Of a stretch of 64,000 nt of DNA, positions 24,917 to 32,888 are shown in pieces. This stretch comes from Escherichia coli (GTDB taxonomy: Bacteria; Pseudomonadota; Gammaproteobacteria; Enterobacterales; Enterobacteriaceae). How positions within the stretch are numbered: position 1 is the stretch's first letter; each line of letters begins with the position of its first letter. The notes under the pieces were generated by a model. That model did no database searches. It saw nothing but the letters and a program-made list of their open reading frames with translations, and was not told the origin of the DNA. The stretch lies in assembly GCF_036507355.1 (NCBI RefSeq), contig NZ_AP027877.1. The stretch is one strand, 5' to 3'. The translations under genes were made by a program, and so were the position numbers.

Positions 24917-25693
24917 ATGTCCGAAACAAAAAATGAACTTGAAGACCTGCTGGAAAAAGCAGCAACCGAACCGGCGCACCGCCCGGCTTTTTTCCGTACT
25001 CTACTGGAATCCACCGTCTGGGTGCCTGGTACGGCGGCGCAGGGCGAGGCTGTGGTTGAAGAGAGCGCGCTTGATTTACAGCACTGGGAAAAAGAAGACG
25101 GCACCAGCGTCATTCCTTTTTTTACCTCGTTAGAAGCACTTCAACAGGCGGTTGACGGCGAACAGGCATTTGTTGTAATGCCCGTTCGCACATTGTTTGA
25201 GATGACCCTTGGCGAAACGCTCTTCCTTAATGCCAAACTGCCAACCGGTAAAGAATTTATGCCGCGTGAAATCAGTTTGTTGATTGGTGAAGAGGGAAAT
25301 CCGCTGAGCAGTCAGGAAGTACTGGAAGGCGGCGAATCGCTGATATTATCGGAAGTCGCAGAGCCGCCAGCACAAATGATTGATTCACTCACCACCTTAT
25401 TTAAAACCATTAAACCAGTGAAGCGTGCTTTTATCTGTTCAATTAAAGAGAACGAAGAGGCACAGCCTAATTTACTTATTGGTATTGAAGCCGATGGTGA
25501 TATCGAAGAAATTATTCAGGCGGCGGGAAGTGTAGCAACCGATACATTACCTGGCGATGAACCAATCGATATTTGCCAGGTGAAAAAAGGGGAAAAAGGA
25601 ATTAGCCATTTTATTACCGAACATATTGCGCCATTCTATGAACGTCGTTGGGGTGGTTTTTTGCGTGACTTTAAACAGAACCGGATAATCTAA
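24917..25693 (+). CDS. sseB: SseB (enhanced serine sensitivity protein B)
   Basis: ORF MSETKNELEDLL (258 aa); the ORF track start at 24908 is a GTG; synteny next to pepB. Confidence 0.88.
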   Translation: MSETKNELEDLLEKAATEPAHRPAFFRTLLESTVWVPGTAAQGEAVVEESALDLQHWEKEDGTSVIPFFTSLEALQQAVDGEQAFVVMPVRTLFEMTLGETLFLNAKLPTGKEFMPREISLLIGEEGNPLSSQEVLEGGESLILSEVAEPPAQMIDSLTTLFKTIKPVKRAFICSIKENEEAQPNLLIGIEADGDIEEIIQAAGSVATDTLPGDEPIDICQVKKGEKGISHFITEHIAPFYERRWGGFLRDFKQNRII

Positions 25694-25694
25694 A

Positions 25695-26000
25695 ATATGC
25701 CGCCCCAAAGGGCGGCATTCGGGCTTACCTGCTGTTCTGAAGGTTGTTAACCACCAGTAAATTGTTGCCGGAGAGACTCAGGTTATTATTTACCTCGGTT
25801 AACAGCGCACCAGAAACAATAAGTACGATACAAAAGCACCGTATCTTCATTGTGCGGTCCATGCGAAGACCGCATCACGACAGCACCACTGGCGATATTG
25901 CCGCGATAGCAAGCGCTGTGAAACACCTGCATTTACGGCCACGGAACATCCTTTCCTAAAGCCAGCGCCCGTTTGCGAGACGGCGGAAAGGGCCGGTGTC
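25695..26000 (-). ncRNA. ryfA: RyfA-like RNA, copy 1 (mRNA for a small hydrophobic protein); 5' end not determined
   Basis: Minus-strand hairpin gccgccc-tttg-gggcggc plus AUAUUUUA tail at about 25695-25722; location between sseB and sseA as for K-12 ryfA. Confidence 0.5.
25725..25850 (-). CDS. timP: TimP-like small hydrophobic protein, 41 aa (MKIRCFCIVLIVSGALLTEVNNNLSLSGNNLLVVNNLQNSR), copy 1
   Basis: Intact ATG...TAA ORF on the minus strand, below the 60-aa ORF-track cutoff; hydrophobic N-terminus; terminator immediately downstream; weak SD. Confidence 0.5.
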   Translation of the reverse strand: MKIRCFCIVLIVSGALLTEVNNNLSLSGNNLLVVNNLQNSR

Positions 26001-26034
26001 GATAATACGCTAAATAAACAATAATTACTCTCTT

Positions 26035-26063
26035 TTGCTTGACAAAAAGAGAGTTGCTGGCGA
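26035..26063 (+). promoter_or_regulatory. Candidate sigma70 promoter of the divergent sRNA, copy 1
   Basis: TTGACA at 26035-26040, 17-bp spacer, GAATAT at 26058-26063. Confidence 0.4.
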
Positions 26064-26067
26064 ATAT

Positions 26068-26177
26068 TGCTCTGCTGTGAAGCACCTGCGTTGCTCATGC
26101 AACACAAGTCAATCTGCTGGAGAGGCCGCGAACCAAACCGGCAACAAATAACCGCCTGATTTTGGCGGTTTTTTGTT
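26068..26177 (+). ncRNA. TimR/RyfB-like antisense sRNA candidate, copy 1
   Basis: Promoter-like element upstream, terminator ccgcc-tgattt-ggcgg-TTTTTT at 26150-26177; 5' segment complementary to the copy-1 RyfA 5' UTR. Confidence 0.45.
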
Positions 26178-26378
26178 GCTTAAAGAAAGTGAATTTACAT
26201 GTTTAAGTAATATCTTTTACCGGTTAGTATTTTTAATATTGAGCGGGATTTGTTTATATTTGTCTGAATTCGGACTAATAAGCCAGGTCATTTTAATATC
26301 GAACATATTGCGCCATTCTATGAACGTCGCTGGGATGGTTTTTTGCGTGACTTTAAACAGAACCGGATAATCTAAAAT

Positions 26379-26680
26379 ATGCCGCCCCAAAGGGCGGCAT
26401 TCGGGCTTACCTGCTGTTCTGAAGGTTGTTAACCACCAGTAAATTGTCGCCGGAGAGACTCCGGTTATTATTTACCTCGGTTAACAGCGCACCAGAAACA
26501 ATAAGTACGATACAGAAGCACCGTATCTTCATTGTGCGGTCCATGCGAAGACCGCATCAAGACAGCACCACTGGCGATATTGCCGCGATAGCAAGCACTG
26601 TGGGGTGCCTGTATTTACGGTCATGGAACATCCTTTCCTAAAGCCATCGCCCGTTTGCGAGACGGCGAAAAGGGCCATTA
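26379..26680 (-). ncRNA. ryfA: RyfA-like RNA, copy 2; 5' end not determined
   Basis: Second copy of the same terminator hairpin and ORF-bearing block. Confidence 0.45.
26407..26532 (-). CDS. timP: TimP-like small hydrophobic protein, 41 aa, copy 2 (two substitutions relative to copy 1: L24R, N29D)
   Basis: Intact ORF MKIRCFCIVLIVSGALLTEVNNNRSLSGDNLLVVNNLQNSR on the minus strand. Confidence 0.5.
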   Translation of the reverse strand: MKIRCFCIVLIVSGALLTEVNNNRSLSGDNLLVVNNLQNSR

Positions 26681-26756
26681 AGAATAATACTCTCATGTTT
26701 GAATAATTACTCTGTTTATTATCTTGACACAGCCAGGCATAAAAGAGAGTATTTCA

Positions 26757-26862
26757 ACACTGTGGGGTGCCTGCGTTGCTCCGGCAACACAAGTCAACCT
26801 GCTGGAAAGGCCGCGAACCAGACCAGCAATAAAAAACCGCCAAATTCGGCGGTTTTTTATTG
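26757..26862 (+). ncRNA. TimR/RyfB-like antisense sRNA candidate, copy 2
   Basis: TTGACA at 26724-26729; terminator accgcc-aaattc-ggcggt-TTTTTT at 26835-26862 (bidirectional, also serves sseA); 5' segment has a perfect 16-nt match to the copy-2 RyfA 5' UTR. Confidence 0.45.
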
Positions 26863-26874
26863 CCTGTAAAATAC

Positions 26875-27720
26875 TTATTTCACTGGCTCAACCGGTAAAT
26901 CTGCCCGCGCGCCCCATTCACTCCATGCGCCGTCGTACAGTTTCACGTTTGGCACATCCAGCGTCGCGAGTGCTAACAAAACCACGGCTGCCGTTACACC
27001 AGAGCCGCAGCTGACGATAATTGGTTTGTCGTAGCTGACGCCGCGACCAAAAAATATCGCATCCAGTTCATCGGTCGTTTTTAGTTCGCCTTCGCGCACC
27101 AGTTCCGTCCACGGAACGTTCAATGCACCGGGAATATGTCCGCGACGTAAACCTGGGCGAGGTTCATCAACTTCTGCGTTAAAACGTGCAGCCGGGCGGG
27201 CATCAATAATTTGCGCCGTATTTTCATGGCTTGCCAATAACACATCGGTTACTTTCACCACTGCTTCAGGATTAAACGCGGCGTTAAACTCTCCTTCCGG
27301 CAGCTCTACTGCACCTTCTTCTAACAACAGATCATCGCGCTGCCAGCCTGCAAGTCCACCCCCCAGAATCGACACTTTCTCTACACCAAAGGTGCGCAGC
27401 ATCCACCATGCTCGTGGGGCTGAGAAAAGATTACCTTCGTCATAGACAATCAGGTGCTTATCCTGGTTAACGCCTAATTCACGCATCGCCACGGCGAACG
27501 TTTCCGGGCGCGGCAGCATGTGCGGAAGCGGGGAAGTGTGATCAGAAAGCGCTTCGATATCAAAAAACACTGCGCCGGGAATATGTCCATTCAGATACTC
27601 CTGAGCAACGTTACGATCTTCCTGTCCAGGCGACGCCATGCGGGCATCGATAATCTGAATTTCCGGGTCATCAATATGTTCGGCGAGCCAGTCGGCTCCT
27701 ACAAACCATGTCGTGGACAT
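26875..27720 (-). CDS. sseA: 3-mercaptopyruvate sulfurtransferase (tandem rhodanese domains)
   Basis: Start MSTTWFVGADWL (281 aa); rhodanese active-site Cys (CGSGVTA); ORF track extends upstream to 27879. Confidence 0.93.
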   Translation of the reverse strand: MSTTWFVGADWLAEHIDDPEIQIIDARMASPGQEDRNVAQEYLNGHIPGAVFFDIEALSDHTSPLPHMLPRPETFAVAMRELGVNQDKHLIVYDEGNLFSAPRAWWMLRTFGVEKVSILGGGLAGWQRDDLLLEEGAVELPEGEFNAAFNPEAVVKVTDVLLASHENTAQIIDARPAARFNAEVDEPRPGLRRGHIPGALNVPWTELVREGELKTTDELDAIFFGRGVSYDKPIIVSCGSGVTAAVVLLALATLDVPNVKLYDGAWSEWGARADLPVEPVK

Positions 27721-27926
27721 AGGCATCTCCATTTTTGCCGGGGTTAGGCTAAATTGTCGGATGTTTAGTGAAAAGCGACAAGCAAAAGAGGCTGATTTGG
27801 CTGTCTGAGCCACAATTCTCACTAAAATTCGGATTGTATGGGCGTGATACTGAATTACATAACGTAAATTCTCACGCATAATAATTATTCGACGTTGCTA
27901 ACGGGCCATTGTGGCAGGGATGAAAA

Positions 27927-30900
27927 ATGAAAAAGTTACGCGTAGCCGCCTGCATGCTAATGCTGGCGCTGGCAGGGTGCGACAACAACGATAACGCGCC
28001 AACAGCGGTGAAAAAAGATGCGCCTTCTGAAGTTACTAAAGCGGCCTCTTCAGAAAACGCGAGTTCAGCAAAACTCTCCGTGCCGGAGCGACAAAAACTG
28101 GCACAACAGAGTGTAGGTAAGGCGCTGACATTACTGGATCTCTCTGAAGTCCAACTTAATGGTGCAGCCACGCTGGTGCTGACGTTCTCCATCCCTCTCG
28201 ACCCGGATCAGGATTTCTCACGCGTTATTCATGTCGTCGATAAAAAAAGCGGCAAAGTGGATGGTGCCTGGGAGTTGTCAGATAATCTTAAAGAGCTGCG
28301 TTTACGCCACCTCGAACCGAAACGTGATTTGATCGTTACTATTGGCAAAGAGGTCAAAGCACTCAACAACGCAACCTTCAGTAAAGATTACGAAAAAACT
28401 ATAACTACCCGCGATATCCAGCCCAGCGTCGGTTTTGCCAGCCGTGGTTCGCTGCTGCCTGGTAAAGTCGTTGAAGGGCTGCCGGTAATGGCGCTCAACG
28501 TTAATAATGTCGATGTTAACTTCTTCCGCGTTAAGCCAGAATCTCTGCCAGCATTCATTAGCCAATGGGAATACCGCAATTCGCTGGCGAACTGGCAGTC
28601 AGACAAACTGCTGCAGATGGCGGATCTGGTCTACACCGGACGGTTTGATCTCAATCCTGCGCGTAACACCCGTGAAAAATTATTGCTGCCGCTGGGCGAT
28701 ATCAAACCGCTTCAGCAGGCGGGCGTGTATCTGGCTGTGATGAATCAGGCTGGACGTTACGATTACAGTAATCCCGCGACGCTGTTTACGTTAAGTGATA
28801 TCGGCGTTTCAGCTCACCGTTATCACAATCGTCTGGATATCTTTACCCAAAGTCTGGAAAACGGCGCGGCCCAGCAAGGAATTGAAGTCTCTTTATTAAA
28901 TGAGAAAGGGCAGACTCTGACTCAGGCAACCAGTGACGCTCAGGGGCATGTGCAGCTGGAAAATGATAAAAATGCGGCATTACTGCTGGCACGTAAAGAC
29001 GGTCAGACAACGCTACTCGATTTAAAACTTCCGGCGCTGGACTTAGCAGAATTTAACATTGCAGGTGCGCCAGGCTATAGCAAACAGTTTTTCATGTTTG
29101 GCCCGCGCGATCTTTATCGCCCGGGTGAAACGGTAATCCTCAATGGTTTGCTGCGTGATGCAGACGGTAAAGCGTTGCCCAATCAACCCATCAAGTTAGA
29201 CGTGATTAAACCCGATGGGCAGGTACTCAGGAGCGTCGTTAGTCAGCCGGAAAATGGCCTCTACCACTTTACCTGGCCACTCGATAGCAATGCGGCAACC
29301 GGTATGTGGCATATTCGCGCTAACACGGGCGATAACCAGTATCGGATGTGGGATTTCCACGTCGAAGATTTTATGCCAGAGCGTATGGCGCTGAATCTGA
29401 CCGGTGAGAAAACCCCGCTTACGCCGAATGAAGAAGTGAAATTCTCCGTGGTGGGATACTACCTGTACGGTGCACCTGCTAATGGTAATACTTTGCAAGG
29501 GCAACTTTTCCTGCGCCCACTGCGTGAGGCTGTGTCAGCCTTACCTGGTTTTGAATTCGGCGATATAGCTGCCGAAAACCTTTCCCGCACGCTGGATGAA
29601 GTTCAGTTGACGCTGGATGATAAAGGGCGCGGCGAAGTTTCTACAGAAAGCCAGTGGAAGGAAACGCATTCCCCATTACAGGTTATTTTCCAGGGTAGTT
29701 TGCTGGAATCGGGCGGTCGCCCAGTGACGCGCCGCGCTGAGCAGGCTATCTGGCCTGCCGATGCATTGCCGGGGCTCCGTCCGCAGTTCGCCTCGAAATC
29801 GGTTTACGATTATCGCACTGACAGCACGGTGAAACAGCCCATTGTTGATGAAGGCAGTAACGCCGCTTTTGACATCGTTTATAGCGATGCGCAAGGCGTG
29901 AAAAAAGCCGTGTCGGGCTTGCAGGTGCGCCTGATTCGCGAACGCCGCGATTACTACTGGAACTGGTCAGAAGATGAAGGCTGGCAGTCACAGTTTGATC
30001 AAAAAGATCTGATCGAAAATGAACAAACTCTGGATCTGAAAGCGGACGAAACCGGCAAGGTCAGTTTTCCGGTAGAGTGGGGAGCTTATCGTCTGGAAGT
30101 CAAAGCGCCGAATGAAGCGGTCAGTAGTGTTCGTTTCTGGGCTGGCTATAGCTGGCAGGACAACAGCGACGGGAGCGGTGCCGTGCGACCCGACCGTGTC
30201 ACGCTGAAACTGGATAAAGCCAGTTATCGCCCTGGCGATACCATTAAGTTGCATATTGCCGCGCCAACGGCGGGTAAAGGTTATGCGATGGTCGAGTCCA
30301 GTGAAGGGCCGCTGTGGTGGCAAGAGATTGATGTTCCGGCTCAAGGGCTGGATCTGACGATTCCGGTCGATAAAACCTGGAATCGTCATGATCTTTATTT
30401 GAGTACGCTGGTGGTGCGTCCTGGCGATAAATCTCGCTCCGCGACGCCAAAACGCGCGGTTGGTGTGTTGCATCTGCCGCTTGGTGATGAAAACCGTCGC
30501 CTCGATTTGGCGCTGGAAACACCAGCAAAAATGCGTCCCAATCAACCATTAACCGTGAAAATTAAAGCCAGCACTAAAAATGGCGAGAAGCCTAAACAGG
30601 TGAATGTGCTGGTGTCTGCCGTTGATAGTGGTGTGCTGAATATTACTGACTACGTCACGCCAGATCCGTGGCAGGCGTTCTTTGGTCAGAAACGCTATGG
30701 CGCAGACATTTACGATATTTACGGTCAGGTTATTGAAGGTCAGGGGCGTCTGGCAGCTCTGCGTTTCGGTGGCGATGGTGATGAGCTGAAACGTGGTGGT
30801 AAACCGCCGGTCAATCACGTCAATATTGTCGCGCAGCAGGCGCTGCCGGTAACGCTCAACGAACAGGGCGAAGGCTCGGTTACACTGCCGATTGGCGATT

Positions 30901-32888
30901 TTAACGGTGAATTGCGCGTCATGGCGCAAGCCTGGACGGCAGATGACTTCGGTAGCAACGAAAGCAAAGTGATAGTTGCCGCACCGGTGATTGCTGAACT
31001 GAACATGCCGCGCTTTATGGCGAGTGGCGATACCTCGCGTCTGACGCTGGATATCACTAATCTTACCGATAAACCGCAAAAACTGAACGTTGCCCTGACC
31101 GCCAGTGGTTTGCTTGAACTGGTCAGCGATTCACCCGCAGCCGTTGAATTAGCGCCAGGTGTGCGTACTACGCTGTTTATCCCGGTGCGAGCATTGCCGG
31201 GTTATGGCGATGGAGAAATTCAGGCCACCATTAGCGGGTTAGCGTTACCGGGTGAAACCGTTGCCGATCAGCATAAGCAGTGGAAAATCGGCGTCCGTCC
31301 GGCGTTCCCGGCACAAACGGTTAATTACGGTACGGCGTTACAGCCTGGTGAGACATGGGCGATTCCGGCGGATGGATTGCAAAACTTCTCGCCTGTTACG
31401 CTGGAAGGGCAATTGTTGTTGAGCGGCAAACCACCGCTGAACATCGCACGTTATATCAAAGAGTTAAAAGCGTATCCGTACGGCTGTCTTGAGCAAACCG
31501 CCAGCGGCCTGTTCCCGTCACTTTATACCAACGCAGCCCAACTGCAGGCGTTGGGCATCAAAGGCGACAGTGATGAGAAACGCCGTGCATCGGTCGATAT
31601 CGGCATTTCCCGTTTGCTGCAAATGCAACGTGATAACGGCGGCTTTGCGCTGTGGGATAAAAACAGTGACGAAGAGTACTGGCTGACGGCTTACGTGATG
31701 GATTTCCTGGTCCGCGCAGGCGAACAGGGTTACAGCGTGCCGACAGACGCCATTAACCGGGGTAATGAGCGTCTGCTGCGCTATTTACAAGATCCGGGCA
31801 TGATGTCGATCCCGTACGCGGATAATCTCAAAGCCAGTAAATTCGCCGTACAGTCTTACGCTGCGCTGGTGTTGGCCCGTCAGCAAAAGGCTCCGCTGGG
31901 TGCGCTGCGTGAAATCTGGGAGCATCGTGCAGATGCCGCTTCTGGTTTACCGCTGCTGCAACTTGGCGTTGCGCTGAAAACCATGGGTGATGCAACGCGT
32001 GGTGAAGAAGCGATTGTGCTGGCGCTGAAAACGCCGAGAAATAGTGATGAGCGGATATGGCTGGGTGATTACGGTAGTCCACTGCGCGACAACGCGTTGA
32101 TGCTCTCCTTGCTGGAAGAAAATAAACTGCTACCCGATGAGCAGAACACTTTGCTGAACACGCTTTCGCAGCAGGCATTTGGTGAACGCTGGCTATCGAC
32201 CCAGGAAAGTAACGCGTTGTTCCTGGCTGCCCGTACGATTCAGGATTTACCCGGTAAATGGCAGGCGCAAACCTCTTTCTCAGCTGAGCCGCTGACAGGC
32301 GAGAAAGCGCAAAACAGTAATCTGAATAGCGATCAACTTGCTACCTTGCAGGTGACCAACAGTGGCGATCAGCCGTTATGGCTGCGTGTGGATGCCAGCG
32401 GTTATCCGCAATCCGCACCTTTACCGGCGAACAATGTGCTGCAAATCGAGCGTCATATTCTTGGTACTGATGGTAAGAGCAAATCGCTGGACTCGTTACG
32501 TAGCGGCGATCTGGTGCTGGTCTGGTTGCAGGTAAAAGCCAGTAACAGCGTGCCGGACGCGTTAGTCGTGGATCTGCTGCCTGCGGGTCTGGAACTGGAA
32601 AACCAGAATCTGGCGAACGGTAGCGCCAGCCTGGAGCAAAGTGGTGGCGAAGTGCAGAACTTACTGAACCAGATGCAGCAGGCGAGTATTAAGCACATTG
32701 AGTTCCGTGACGATCGCTTTGTGGCGGCGGTTGCCGTTGATGAATACCAACCGGTAACGCTGGTGTATCTGGCGCGGGCGGTGACGCCGGGAACGTATCA
32801 GGTACCGCAACCGATGGTGGAATCAATGTATGTTCCCCAATGGCGGGCGACCGGCGCGGCTGAAGATTTGCTGATTGTCAGACCGTAA
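27927..32888 (+). CDS. yfhM: Alpha-2-macroglobulin family lipoprotein (ECAM)
   Basis: 1653-aa ORF, lipoprotein signal LALAGC, thioester motif CLEQ at 31485-31496. Confidence 0.95.
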   Translation: MKKLRVAACMLMLALAGCDNNDNAPTAVKKDAPSEVTKAASSENASSAKLSVPERQKLAQQSVGKALTLLDLSEVQLNGAATLVLTFSIPLDPDQDFSRVIHVVDKKSGKVDGAWELSDNLKELRLRHLEPKRDLIVTIGKEVKALNNATFSKDYEKTITTRDIQPSVGFASRGSLLPGKVVEGLPVMALNVNNVDVNFFRVKPESLPAFISQWEYRNSLANWQSDKLLQMADLVYTGRFDLNPARNTREKLLLPLGDIKPLQQAGVYLAVMNQAGRYDYSNPATLFTLSDIGVSAHRYHNRLDIFTQSLENGAAQQGIEVSLLNEKGQTLTQATSDAQGHVQLENDKNAALLLARKDGQTTLLDLKLPALDLAEFNIAGAPGYSKQFFMFGPRDLYRPGETVILNGLLRDADGKALPNQPIKLDVIKPDGQVLRSVVSQPENGLYHFTWPLDSNAATGMWHIRANTGDNQYRMWDFHVEDFMPERMALNLTGEKTPLTPNEEVKFSVVGYYLYGAPANGNTLQGQLFLRPLREAVSALPGFEFGDIAAENLSRTLDEVQLTLDDKGRGEVSTESQWKETHSPLQVIFQGSLLESGGRPVTRRAEQAIWPADALPGLRPQFASKSVYDYRTDSTVKQPIVDEGSNAAFDIVYSDAQGVKKAVSGLQVRLIRERRDYYWNWSEDEGWQSQFDQKDLIENEQTLDLKADETGKVSFPVEWGAYRLEVKAPNEAVSSVRFWAGYSWQDNSDGSGAVRPDRVTLKLDKASYRPGDTIKLHIAAPTAGKGYAMVESSEGPLWWQEIDVPAQGLDLTIPVDKTWNRHDLYLSTLVVRPGDKSRSATPKRAVGVLHLPLGDENRRLDLALETPAKMRPNQPLTVKIKASTKNGEKPKQVNVLVSAVDSGVLNITDYVTPDPWQAFFGQKRYGADIYDIYGQVIEGQGRLAALRFGGDGDELKRGGKPPVNHVNIVAQQALPVTLNEQGEGSVTLPIGDFNGELRVMAQAWTADDFGSNESKVIVAAPVIAELNMPRFMASGDTSRLTLDITNLTDKPQKLNVALTASGLLELVSDSPAAVELAPGVRTTLFIPVRALPGYGDGEIQATISGLALPGETVADQHKQWKIGVRPAFPAQTVNYGTALQPGETWAIPADGLQNFSPVTLEGQLLLSGKPPLNIARYIKELKAYPYGCLEQTASGLFPSLYTNAAQLQALGIKGDSDEKRRASVDIGISRLLQMQRDNGGFALWDKNSDEEYWLTAYVMDFLVRAGEQGYSVPTDAINRGNERLLRYLQDPGMMSIPYADNLKASKFAVQSYAALVLARQQKAPLGALREIWEHRADAASGLPLLQLGVALKTMGDATRGEEAIVLALKTPRNSDERIWLGDYGSPLRDNALMLSLLEENKLLPDEQNTLLNTLSQQAFGERWLSTQESNALFLAARTIQDLPGKWQAQTSFSAEPLTGEKAQNSNLNSDQLATLQVTNSGDQPLWLRVDASGYPQSAPLPANNVLQIERHILGTDGKSKSLDSLRSGDLVLVWLQVKASNSVPDALVVDLLPAGLELENQNLANGSASLEQSGGEVQNLLNQMQQASIKHIEFRDDRFVAAVAVDEYQPVTLVYLARAVTPGTYQVPQPMVESMYVPQWRATGAAEDLLIVRP

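Larger units (their letters stand above)
25605..26870. repeat. Diverged tandem duplication (two units, about 675 and 590 bp) covering the sseB 3' end, a ryfA/timP-like locus and a divergent sRNA
   Basis: Near-identical blocks at 25622-25960 and 26296-26640, then roughly 80%-similar blocks each ending in a rho-independent terminator; the small ORF start codons are 682 bp apart. Confidence 0.85.

Noticed and set aside
25744-25959. 71-aa plus-strand ORF from the track (and its duplicate at 26426-26641)
   Set aside because: It lies antisense to the ryfA-like transcript and terminator and has no SD; it is duplicated only because the DNA is duplicated. The compact 41-aa minus-strand ORF is the more plausible coding frame.
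26173-26370. 65-aa plus-strand ORF spanning the spacer between the two repeat units
   Set aside because: It crosses the sRNA terminator and the duplication junction and has no translation signals.
29988-31079. Overlapping minus-strand ORFs of 176-185 aa
   Set aside because: Antisense to yfhM.
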